A stretch of DNA of 64,000 nt. It comes from Myxococcales bacterium (GTDB lineage Bacteria > Myxococcota_A > Polyangia > Palsa-1104 > JAEUJZ01). The position numbers and the translations under genes were made by a program. Shown in pieces: positions 46,219 to 54,644 of this stretch. The DNA is taken from NCBI GenBank assembly GCA_016794465.1, contig JAEUKA010000067.1, positions 38,141-102,140 of the forward strand. Direction: 5' to 3'. The notes beneath the pieces were generated by a model. It had not been told where the DNA came from. It was given only the letters and a program-made list of their open reading frames with translations, and made no database searches. Positions within the stretch are counted from its first letter, which is position 1. The number at the start of each line of letters is the position of its first letter.

Positions 46219-49200
46219 TCATTCCTGACTGTTGAGATAGCGGCGGCGAGTCTCTGGATCGGGTATCCGTTCACTGCGAACTGCGAGCCGTGTGGCGGCG
46301 GTCGTAAGCTCTCCGTGGGCGCGGACATGCTGGCCCGAACACGTCAGGGCTTCGGCAGCTGTGCGACGGACCATGACCTCGATGTAGCCGCCACCAAGCT
46401 GGGACAGCGCGCTCAACATCTGCTCGGAAAGCAGGGCTGCTTCGGTGATCTCGGACTGGCCAAGGAGTCCCCGGACCAGCAGCGCTTGCACCCACAGGAA
46501 GCGGAGCGGAACGCGAGTACACAGTGGCAAGGCTCGTCGCGCTTGCTCCACCGCACTAGAGAATCGCTGCCGTTTTAGGTGGATGCTGGCCAGGATTCCG
46601 TGACACCAGCCGGTGTAGCCAGCCGACAGACCCGGCGTCTTCAGGATCGACTCTGTAAGCGCAAAAGACTCCGCCAGTGCCGCTTCATCAGACAGCGTAC
46701 AGAGAAGTGCGGCCAGGTGAAGCTCGGTCTGTAGGACTGCGAACGGAATGCGAATCCGCTTCGCCAGCGTCAGCGCGTCCCGGAGTGTCCGTTGTCCTTC
46801 TTGGGAATCCCCCAGCTCTCCCTGCGCTTGTCCCAAGCGATTCATGGCCGTGATCTGATCGCGCCGATCGCCAATTTCCTGAAACGCCTGCGTCGCTTCT
46901 TGACTGAGTAGGAGTGGCTGCCACGGATCACTCTCAAAGGCGCGAATATAATCGCTCTGTCCCATCCGAAGTGCGCCGCGCAGATCGTTTTCCTTTGCGA
47001 GGGATGGCGTGGACTGAAGGCTCGACTCTGCTCGATGGAGCAGCTCCTTGGCCAGCGTTCGCCGACCATACGAAGTCAGCAGAGACGCCCCGAGCGACCC
47101 CCAGAGTACCAAGTCTCTCGTCGCATCGGCAGTCTGCGGAGAGAACGCACAGAGTGCTTCGGCCATCGCTGCGAACTCTGTCTCATGACCGGTTACCAGC
47201 GCTGCCCACATGCCATGAAACAGAACCGAGCATTCCCAACGACTCCCCCGCGCGAGCAGAGGCCACGCGTGCACACTGTGGGAATGGGCGGCTTGCAGCT
47301 CGGAACGCCAGCAGTGCGCCATCGTCAGCAGCGTGCGCAGCTCACCGTGGGTCTGATCCACCGTCACCAAAGCCAGTCCACGTCCGGCTCGCGCCAGAGC
47401 CTCCTCCAGATCATTGCACTCAAACGAACGGAGTCCGGCACGCCGGAAATACTCGGCGGCTTTGGCGGGCTGTTGCCCTTTCTCATAGTGCTCTGCAATT
47501 GCCAGTGCATCGTGCTCGCCGGCTTGCTCTAGGAACTCTGCTGCTCGTCGGTGGCCAACTCTGCGATCTTCGTCTGTCAGCAAGCTGTACGCCGCTTCAC
47601 GAATGAGCGCGTTGCGAAATGCGTACTCCTCTTCATTGGGAATCCGACTCTCTGCACGAGGAACAATCAGCTCTGCATCGACCAGCTGGCGAAGCGCTTG
47701 GCTGAGATCATGGGTAGATTTTTCGGAGTGAATCAGGAAGCGAACCCCGCTGCGCCAGAACAAAAATCCGTACATGCTGGCGGCGCGAATGACCCGTCGT
47801 GCGGCTGGATCAAGCTGCCCAATCCGACCCTGAATCATCGCCAACACCGTCGAGGGCAAGTTGTCAACCTGACCACTTGCGGCAGCGCGGATCAGCTCTT
47901 CCAGAAACAGCGTATTGCCGCCGGACTGCTCGATCAACCGGGCCGTGGTGTCTGCGGACAGACCCTTTCCCAGCACCGAACCGATGAGCCGCTCACAGGC
48001 CTTTTTGGGAAGTCCGCTCAAGGTAATTTCACGCAAGCGCAGACCCGCCCACAGTCGCGGAAATCGCTCATGAACTTCCGGTCGTGCCAGCACCAGAATC
48101 ATCAGCGGCTGCTCGGCCAGCTCGCGCAGGACAGCCCCCAGCAGCTTGACGGTCAGTGCATCAGCCCAGTGCAGATCTTCCAATACCAAGATCATTGGTA
48201 AGCGTGCCGTCATGGCTGTGAACAGAGCGACCACAGACTCTGCAATCTGATCGCTCATGATCTTGGGATCATTTCTTGCGGCCCTTAGAACGGGCAGATC
48301 GTCGTCGGGAAATGGCACTCCGCACAGCTCTGCTAAAAAGGCAATGCTGGACCGCTGGGCGCTCTCTCCCAAGTACTCTGTGAGAGTCGCGGCGATCCGC
48401 TGGCGGAGCGCTTGAGGCGACTCCATAAGCTGTCTACCCAGTGATAGGAACCGCCGCAGCGCACTGCGTAAGATGGCGTAGGGAGAGCCTCCGGTCATCG
48501 GATCTCCGTCGCCACGCAGGATCAGTACCGGTTCTTCGCGCAGCGCCACCCGGCGTAGGAATTCCCTGCACAGTCGCGACTTTCCAATTCCACTTTTGGC
48601 CGTTACAAGCACTGCTTGTCCGAGCGAATCTTCGATCGTTCCGGTTAGCAATACTTCAAGCAGACCAAGCTCCTGATCACGGCCAACACACGGAGTCGGC
48701 TTACCCAGCAGGAGGTGTGATTCGTCAGCGGGCAGCTCCTCTCCGGACAAGAGAGCCAGGCCTTCCCGTCTGGTCAGCGCGAAGCGGCGCGCCAACAGAG
48801 ACGCACTCAGCTCATCCACCCAGACTCCTGATCGCTGTATGACGGCACTCTGTTCGGACTGCGCGCGCAGGAGTCGGGCCGCCAAGTCAACCGCTTCCCC
48901 CACCGGCAGGTTGCCGAGCACAGTTGCTCTACCGGTGGCAAGAGCAACGATACATTCGGGCCAGCGCTCTTTGATCTGCAGCGCAACGCGAGCGGCCTGC
49001 GTAGTTTGGTCAGTTGCACTTCCCAGTCCATGGAGGGTCGCCACCAATGCACCGTCGAGCAGCCACTCTGATCTCGCTCCGAGCAGACTGATCGCGGACT
49101 GTAGTTCCCGGCGCCGCGCTTGTTCACTTACAGAGGCTCGGATCTCCGCAGTAGGACCTTCCCCAATGACCAGTCCGGGCGCACTCGCAATCACCACCGA

Positions 49201-50172
49201 AAGCAGCTCTTGTTCGTCGCTGGCGAAGCTTGGCTCTACCTCTGTCTGTCCGATCCGCAGCGTGGTCGCCAGACCATCATCGGCAGGCAAGAGTACGTTC
49301 AAGTTCGAGATGGCTTGCAGCAGCGCGCGACCATCAGCCATTCGCCGCTCAGGCAGCTTGTGAAGCATCTGCTCGACGATACTGGCAAGCGATTCAGGAA
49401 TCCCTGGACGCCGCTCTAGGAGGGATGGAGGACTCTCAAACAGAATCCGTACCAGGACTGCTGCGACGTGCTCTCCTCCGAACGGAGGCTGTCCGGTCAA
49501 GCACTCGTAGATGACACAACCGAGCGAAAAGAGGTCTGACGCAGCAGTAATATCCTTATCCCCGCGCGCTTGCTCGGGGGCCATGTATTCCGGAGTCCCA
49601 ATCACCAGGCCAGTGCGGGTCATCACCTGCGAGGCTGCCATCCGCCGGGCAATTCCGAAGTCGAGGATCTTGACGCGCTCGATATCACCACCGGCCAGAT
49701 ACAGATTGCTGGGCTTAAGATCTCGATGGATGACCCCCCGGCTGTGTGCGAGCGCGAGCGCGGCGGCTACCTGACGGAGCAGACAGAGCGTATCGCGGAT
49801 AGACAGTGGGCCTCGACGGAGACGCTGACCCAGATCCTCGCCATCGAGCCACTCCATCGCCAGGAAGCGCTGGCCATCCGGAGCTGCCCCATGCGAGATG
49901 TAGGAGACAATGCCAGGATGCTCAAGCTCTGACAGGACCGACGCCTCACGGAGGAAGCGCTCGACATCGGAGCTACCCCCACCACTTGTCTGTAGCAGCT
50001 TAAGTGCCACGGCGCGATCGGTGGCAAGATCACGGGCCTGGTACACCGTTCCCATGCCGCCACTTCCCGCGACGCGATCGATAGCGAAGCGGCCTGCAAA
50101 GAGTTCCCCAACCTGCCGCGTCATGTCACGTCCTCTGCCATGTAGTGCACCGGTAGACAGCCCCGGAGACAT
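46219..50172 (-). CDS. Ser/Thr protein kinase fused to an AAA/STAND-type NTPase and TPR-like helical repeats (PknK/MalT-like architecture)
   Basis: ORF track 1317 aa. HRDLKPSNLYL, DFGIAR, YMAPEQ. Walker A VTAKSGIGKSRL, Walker B ILVLEDLHWAD. Long C-terminal helical-repeat region. Confidence 0.9.
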   Translation of the reverse strand: MSPGLSTGALHGRGRDMTRQVGELFAGRFAIDRVAGSGGMGTVYQARDLATDRAVALKLLQTSGGGSSDVERFLREASVLSELEHPGIVSYISHGAAPDGQRFLAMEWLDGEDLGQRLRRGPLSIRDTLCLLRQVAAALALAHSRGVIHRDLKPSNLYLAGGDIERVKILDFGIARRMAASQVMTRTGLVIGTPEYMAPEQARGDKDITAASDLFSLGCVIYECLTGQPPFGGEHVAAVLVRILFESPPSLLERRPGIPESLASIVEQMLHKLPERRMADGRALLQAISNLNVLLPADDGLATTLRIGQTEVEPSFASDEQELLSVVIASAPGLVIGEGPTAEIRASVSEQARRRELQSAISLLGARSEWLLDGALVATLHGLGSATDQTTQAARVALQIKERWPECIVALATGRATVLGNLPVGEAVDLAARLLRAQSEQSAVIQRSGVWVDELSASLLARRFALTRREGLALLSGEELPADESHLLLGKPTPCVGRDQELGLLEVLLTGTIEDSLGQAVLVTAKSGIGKSRLCREFLRRVALREEPVLILRGDGDPMTGGSPYAILRSALRRFLSLGRQLMESPQALRQRIAATLTEYLGESAQRSSIAFLAELCGVPFPDDDLPVLRAARNDPKIMSDQIAESVVALFTAMTARLPMILVLEDLHWADALTVKLLGAVLRELAEQPLMILVLARPEVHERFPRLWAGLRLREITLSGLPKKACERLIGSVLGKGLSADTTARLIEQSGGNTLFLEELIRAAASGQVDNLPSTVLAMIQGRIGQLDPAARRVIRAASMYGFLFWRSGVRFLIHSEKSTHDLSQALRQLVDAELIVPRAESRIPNEEEYAFRNALIREAAYSLLTDEDRRVGHRRAAEFLEQAGEHDALAIAEHYEKGQQPAKAAEYFRRAGLRSFECNDLEEALARAGRGLALVTVDQTHGELRTLLTMAHCWRSELQAAHSHSVHAWPLLARGSRWECSVLFHGMWAALVTGHETEFAAMAEALCAFSPQTADATRDLVLWGSLGASLLTSYGRRTLAKELLHRAESSLQSTPSLAKENDLRGALRMGQSDYIRAFESDPWQPLLLSQEATQAFQEIGDRRDQITAMNRLGQAQGELGDSQEGQRTLRDALTLAKRIRIPFAVLQTELHLAALLCTLSDEAALAESFALTESILKTPGLSAGYTGWCHGILASIHLKRQRFSSAVEQARRALPLCTRVPLRFLWVQALLVRGLLGQSEITEAALLSEQMLSALSQLGGGYIEVMVRRTAAEALTCSGQHVRAHGELTTAATRLAVRSERIPDPETRRRYLNSQE

Positions 50173-50308
50173 CCTACAAGGAGATCGTCGCGTGCGTCAA
50201 CGCCTATGAGGCTGCTCGATTGCTCGTCGGTGTGGCTAAGGAACCTGAGGATATGGGATGTCGGTGAGGTATTCGGTTTGGGGACGATTCCTAACGAGGA
50301 ATGTTTAA

Positions 50309-50335
50309 ATATTAGTCATATTGTATGACTAATAT
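50309..50335. repeat. AT-rich palindrome ATATTAGTCATA-TTG-TATGACTAATAT (motif copy 1)
   Basis: Perfect 12-bp arms. Contains the TAG stop of the FHA ORF. Lies 137-163 bp upstream of the STAND-kinase start. A related copy is at 61760-61786. Confidence 0.85.
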
Positions 50336-50856
50336 ATGAAGCGGTCGACGCGTTCCCTGGAATGGTCACTCGGAGTTCGGGAAGTTTGACGCGTGTGTTC
50401 GACGAAAGAGACGTTCTTGCCGATGATGTCGCCGAGGCGATTTTTCGTGGAAGGAACGACTTCGACGCGCTCTTGGCCGATGAGAAAGTGGATGTCGGTC
50501 TGTCCGATGGAGATGGTGCAGCTGGGATTGAGGTAGGCCTCGCGGATGCGAACGCCGTTGATCGCGGTGCCGTTGGTGGAGCCCAAGTCACGGAGCAAGT
50601 AGCCCTGCTCGTCTTGCTCGATCCGGCAGTGAAAGCGTGAGACTGTCTCGTCGCTGACTACCAGATCATTGTCTTCCATCGCTCCGATCCGAATGGTGCT
50701 CTGAGCGAAGGGGTGCTCCTGCCGGCTGCCAGCATGGGTCGTGACCAGGCGACAGGTCCTGACCTGAATGGTCTGTGGTCGCGCACCATCGTAGAGAACC
50801 TTGGTCGACGGCAGAAAATCTGGAAATTTCCGTCGCGGCTCTGACGGCACACTCAT
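50329..50856 (-). CDS. FHA-domain protein (apparent 5' fragment of a split FHA-EBP gene)
   Basis: ORF track 175 aa. FHA core TIRIGAMEDNDLVVSDETVSRFHCRIEQDEQGYLLRDLGSTNGTAINGVRI. After ...RLGDIIGKNV the sequence leaves EBP-like character and stops in the AT-rich palindrome. Confidence 0.85.
   Translation of the reverse strand: MSVPSEPRRKFPDFLPSTKVLYDGARPQTIQVRTCRLVTTHAGSRQEHPFAQSTIRIGAMEDNDLVVSDETVSRFHCRIEQDEQGYLLRDLGSTNGTAINGVRIREAYLNPSCTISIGQTDIHFLIGQERVEVVPSTKNRLGDIIGKNVSFVEHTRQTSRTPSDHSRERVDRFIY
50410..50423. repeat. 14-bp direct repeat GACGTTCTTGCCGA (right copy)
   Basis: Identical to 46102-46115. Encodes (I)GKNV (residues 145-149) of the FHA ORF. Confidence 0.85.
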
Positions 50857-50865
50857 TGGTTACAA

Positions 50866-50894
50866 TTAAACATGTATTGAAAATTACAGTCAAG
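50866..50894 (-). promoter_or_regulatory. Candidate sigma-70-type promoter TTGACT-17 nt-TTTAAT for the FHA gene (near-leaderless)
   Basis: On the minus strand: TTGACTgtaattttcaatacatgTTTAATtgtaaccaATG. The -10 element ends only 9 nt before the ATG at 50856 and there is no SD. Confidence 0.3.
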
Positions 50895-50955
50895 CAGCGG
50901 GGTTAGGATTGCTGTGGGCGGACTGACCACACTTGGACCTGGGCGCTTGGGCTGG

Positions 50956-51573
50956 CTACTCGTCGCGATGCTGGTCCAGGGCCGATAGCTCGGCTTCGAC
51001 GCGCGGCTCTGAGCTGCGACTGTGCGTGCTCGGGGTTTCGGACAGCATCAGGTTGGGGTCAGGTCGAATCCACAGCAGCAGCGTCAGGCGCCGCACCACT
51101 TTGGGATGCCGATGGGTGCGCAGTCCCAGATCGTAGTCGAGCCAGATCTGACAGCCGTCGCTGGCTGCCACGACATGGACCGCCGAGGGCTGGAGATCGC
51201 GCGACAGGACTGTCTCGTCATGCTCGCCCGCGAGCTGCTCGGCAAGCTCACCGGCGCGGTCCACGGCAGTGAGCATGGTCAAGCGCTGCCGCAGCAGCAC
51301 GCGCAGCAAGTTGCCTTGGTTCGAAGGCACACCGATGCAGACATCGCTCGGCTGGCGATCGTCGAGTAGACTCGGCAGCTCGGAGAGCGAGATCATCGCC
51401 TTCGGTTGCCCCATCGCGCGGGGTGGCACGCTGTTTCGGAATCCTCGACGTAGCAACGGTGTCCCTCTCGGGATGTGTTGAAGCACAGGCTGTGCCAGCC
51501 TTCCCGATGCCTGAATTGCCGGCAGTTTCCGTCTGAAACGGGCTAACTCCGCCAAACTTGAGGAGCCGCCCAC
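50956..51573 (-). CDS. Hypothetical protein (possibly a degenerate receiver-like fold)
   Basis: ORF track 205 aa. True start uncertain (internal MGQPKAMISLSEL...). Codon usage is native-looking. The receiver-like impression is weak. Confidence 0.4.
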   Translation of the reverse strand: MGGSSSLAELARFRRKLPAIQASGRLAQPVLQHIPRGTPLLRRGFRNSVPPRAMGQPKAMISLSELPSLLDDRQPSDVCIGVPSNQGNLLRVLLRQRLTMLTAVDRAGELAEQLAGEHDETVLSRDLQPSAVHVVAASDGCQIWLDYDLGLRTHRHPKVVRRLTLLLWIRPDPNLMLSETPSTHSRSSEPRVEAELSALDQHRDE

Positions 51574-51718
51574 TGGGCAGCGTCCGGCGCACCGGAAAAA
51601 GTTCAGTTTGTGAACGACTGTGTGGGGTCGAAAGACATGAGGGCAGGGTCAATGGACCCCACGGCAGCTGCCAAAGCCAGCCCGGCAGCAGCCAGATCGC
51701 CTGAGGTGGTGCGATGGA

Positions 51719-52885
51719 CTATGACTCGCCGGACAGGACGTTCTTGGCGATGACCATGCGCTGGATCTGCGACGTACCCTCGTAGATCTGCAGCAGCTTG
51801 GCGTCGCGCATCAGCTTCTCGACGGGATATTCCTTGGTGTAGCCGTAGCCGCCGAACACCTGGACCGCGTCGGTGGCTACCTTCATCGCCATGTCGGCGC
51901 CGTAGAGCTTGGCCATCGACGAGACAATCGAGTCAATCCGTCCCTGATCAACCATCCACGCCGCTCGGTGACACAGCGAGCGCGTCGCCTCCAGCGCCAC
52001 CGCCATGTCCGCGAGGATGAACTGGATCGCTTGGTGGGCCGCAATCGGCACACCGAAGGTCTTGCGCTCCAGGGCATAGGCACGGCTCTCGTGGAGTGCC
52101 CGCCCAATCAGCCCCGCCGCCCCAGCCGCAATCCACGGTCGCGAGCGGTCGAAGGTCTTCATCGCAATCTTGAAGCCTTCGCCTTCCTGACCGAGCAGCG
52201 CTTCTTTGGGCAGCCGAACTTCGTCGAAGATCACGTCGGTGGTATTGCTGGCGCGCTGGCCCATCTTGTTTTCTTTTTTGCCAACCTTGACGCCTGGCGC
52301 GTCGCGGTCCACGACGAACGCGGAGATCTTGCGGTTGCGGGCTTTGAGATCCTTTTCCGGTCTGGCGTCGGAGGTTGCCAAGACGGTGTAGAAGCTGGCG
52401 TAGCCGCCGTTGGTGATCCAGCGCTTTTGGCCATTCAGGATGTAGCCGTCGCCATCTTTGACAAAGTGGGTGCGCAGTCCTGCGACATCGGAGCCAGCGT
52501 CGGGCTCGGAGCAGCAGTACGCGGCGAAAATGGGCTCACGAAGCAGCCAGCCCAGGTACTTCTCTTTCTGCTCGCGGCTGCCAGCGATAATGAGCGGCAG
52601 CGATGCCAGGGCGTTGGCGGCTACCGACGTGTTCACCCCGGCGCATGCCCAGGCGATCTCTTCCTGGATCATGCAGTGCGACAGACACGAAAGGCCCAGA
52701 CCGCCGAACTCCTCGGGGATCTCGCAGTTCATGAGTCCGAGGCGCCAGCCTTCCGTGAGCAGCTCGACGGGAAAGTGCCCCTCTTCATCGAGCTGACCAG
52801 CGACGGGAGCGATCTTGCTACGCGCAAAGTCTCGCGCAATCTTGCGAAGCTGCTGCTGTTCCTCGGAAAAGTTAAGATCGTACAT
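51719..52885 (-). CDS. Acyl-CoA dehydrogenase (short/branched-chain type)
   Basis: ORF track 388 aa. Classical ACAD sequence throughout (CCSEPDAGSDVAG, QVFGGYGYTKEYPVEKLMRDAKLLQIYEGTSQIQ). Confidence 0.95.
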   Translation of the reverse strand: MYDLNFSEEQQQLRKIARDFARSKIAPVAGQLDEEGHFPVELLTEGWRLGLMNCEIPEEFGGLGLSCLSHCMIQEEIAWACAGVNTSVAANALASLPLIIAGSREQKEKYLGWLLREPIFAAYCCSEPDAGSDVAGLRTHFVKDGDGYILNGQKRWITNGGYASFYTVLATSDARPEKDLKARNRKISAFVVDRDAPGVKVGKKENKMGQRASNTTDVIFDEVRLPKEALLGQEGEGFKIAMKTFDRSRPWIAAGAAGLIGRALHESRAYALERKTFGVPIAAHQAIQFILADMAVALEATRSLCHRAAWMVDQGRIDSIVSSMAKLYGADMAMKVATDAVQVFGGYGYTKEYPVEKLMRDAKLLQIYEGTSQIQRMVIAKNVLSGES

Positions 52886-52991
52886 CGAGCGAATCTCCTC
52901 TGTGGCTTATCGGCGACCTTCAGCGAACTATCACTATCGGCTGCGCAGTTTTTGCCAGTTTGTGTGGTTTTGAGCTTGCGAGAGTATCAGG

Positions 52992-54611
52992 TTGACCGCA
53001 GCCAAAGAACCGGCCTACGATTCTGAGGATTCTCTGTCCGTGGCTCTTCCCTACGGCAAATACCTGCTCGACCGCAAGCTGGCTGAAGGCGGCATGGCCG
53101 AGATTTTCCTGGCCCGACCTGCGCCCAGTGCAGCCGGAGCCGGTGTGCGGCCTGGTCCGTTCGTGGTCAAGCGCCTCTTTGCCCACAACAGCGCCGAGGA
53201 CGAGTTCGTTCGCATGTTCAAAAACGAGGCGCGGCTGGCGTCTCGGCTCAAGCATCCGAACATCGTCGACATCTTCGACCAAGGTGAGATCGACGGCTCG
53301 TTCTACCTCGCGATGGAGTTTATTCACGGCGAGGATCTGCGCGGAATTGCCCAGCAGTCCGATGCGGTGAACCGGCGGCCACCGATTGCGGTGGTGTGCC
53401 GAATCATCATGGACATCCTCGCCGGGCTGCACTATGCGCACGCGCTGGCCGACGACGCTGGCAGGCCACTTGGAGTGGTCCATCGCGACGTGTCGCCGCA
53501 GAACATCCTGGTCACCTACGACGGGGTGGTGAAGATCATCGACTTTGGTATCGCCAAAGCGACGATGGCGCACGAAAACGAGCAGACCCAGGCCGGCATG
53601 GTCAAAGGCAAGTACGCCTACATGTCGCCAGAGCAAGCACGCTCGGCGCGGCTTGATGGTCGCTCGGATGTCTTTTCCGTCGGGATTTTGCTCTGGGAGC
53701 TGATTACCTGGCGGCGTCTGTTCAAGCGCGGAACCGATCTGGCGACGATGGTGGCGGTCGCGGAAGAGCCGGCGCCGTCGATGCTGCTGCTGACGCCGGA
53801 CTGCCCGCAAGTGCTCGACGACGTGGTGCAAAAGTCGCTCGCCAAAGAAGCCGACCAGCGCTACGGCTCGGCGCGCGAGTTCCAAGAGGCGCTCACCGAC
53901 TGTCTGACCAAGCTGGGCTGGGACTTTAGCCAACAAGCGGTCGGCGCCTATATGACCGAGATTTTCCGCGAGCGCATCGTGCAGCGTGACTCCGAGCTGC
54001 GAGCGGTGCAGAACGCGGCCAAGCGTGACTCGCTCAGGCAGTCGGTGCCGGCGGTGCAGCTGCCAGCGGTGAAAAAGCAGCCGGCGGTGACAATGCCGCT
54101 GCAGGTCATCACGGTGCCAGCGGGCCAGGGCGGGCGACCGAATGTGCCAGCCAACCTGCGGACGACGATGCCGTTTGGACCGGCGGCGCTGCAGACGCCG
54201 AGGCAGACGCCGAAACAGACACCGACGGTTGGACCGGCCAATGTGCAGAGTCCGACCACGCAGTCCGGGCAGCTCGCAGTGCCGGGGCAGAAGAGCACGT
54301 CGCAGTCCGGGCAGCTCGCGGTGCCGGGGCAGAAGAGCACGTCGCAGTCCGGGCAGCTCGCAGTGCCGGGACAGAAAAGCACGTCGCAGTCCGGGCAGCT
54401 CGCGGTGCCGCGCAGTCCATCCGGAGACATCAAGGTCGATCAAGTGACTGCCAATCAGTCGCTGGCAACGGTGCCCAATCCGTCGGTGGCTGCGAGTACC
54501 GCCAAAGAGCAGCAGGTCGCCAGTCGCAAGCGGGTCATGCTGGCAATTGCCGTCGGTGTCTCGATTGGAGTGCTGGCGGTGATGCTGCTCCAGTTCTTGC
54601 TGTCGCGCTAG
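52992..54611 (+). CDS. Ser/Thr protein kinase, tail-anchored, with 14-aa tandem repeats in the linker
   Basis: ORF track 539 aa (TTG start). HRDVSPQNILV, DFGIAKA, YMSPEQ. QSGQLAVPGQKSTS x3.5. Terminal TM segment VMLAIAVGVSIGVLAVMLLQFLL. Confidence 0.9.
   Translation: MTAAKEPAYDSEDSLSVALPYGKYLLDRKLAEGGMAEIFLARPAPSAAGAGVRPGPFVVKRLFAHNSAEDEFVRMFKNEARLASRLKHPNIVDIFDQGEIDGSFYLAMEFIHGEDLRGIAQQSDAVNRRPPIAVVCRIIMDILAGLHYAHALADDAGRPLGVVHRDVSPQNILVTYDGVVKIIDFGIAKATMAHENEQTQAGMVKGKYAYMSPEQARSARLDGRSDVFSVGILLWELITWRRLFKRGTDLATMVAVAEEPAPSMLLLTPDCPQVLDDVVQKSLAKEADQRYGSAREFQEALTDCLTKLGWDFSQQAVGAYMTEIFRERIVQRDSELRAVQNAAKRDSLRQSVPAVQLPAVKKQPAVTMPLQVITVPAGQGGRPNVPANLRTTMPFGPAALQTPRQTPKQTPTVGPANVQSPTTQSGQLAVPGQKSTSQSGQLAVPGQKSTSQSGQLAVPGQKSTSQSGQLAVPRSPSGDIKVDQVTANQSLATVPNPSVAASTAKEQQVASRKRVMLAIAVGVSIGVLAVMLLQFLLSR
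54261..54410 (+). repeat. Coding tandem repeat, 42-bp period, 3.5 units
   Basis: cagtccgggcagctcgcRgtgccgggRcagaaRagcacgtcg with units at 54261, 54303, 54345 and 54387 (partial). In frame within the kinase. Confidence 0.9.
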
Positions 54612-54644
54612 CCGCTGCGCTTCGAGTCGCGTTATCTTGCGGCG

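Larger units (their letters stand above)
46116..50409 (-). other. Putative inserted segment (4308 bp including one repeat copy) carrying only the STAND-like kinase gene
   Basis: Bounded by the 14-bp direct repeats. Removing it restores a continuous FHA-AAA+-HTH reading frame. GC looks somewhat lower than the flanks. No transposase, integrase or terminal inverted repeats seen. Confidence 0.5.

Noticed and set aside
46099-46221. Programmed stop-codon readthrough fusing the STAND kinase to the sigma-54 AAA+ domain (same frame, a single TGA, 40 open codons)
   Set aside because: The shared frame follows automatically from the insert length being a multiple of 3. There is no readthrough context or recoding signal I can recognise. 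It is kept only as a note under the module finding.
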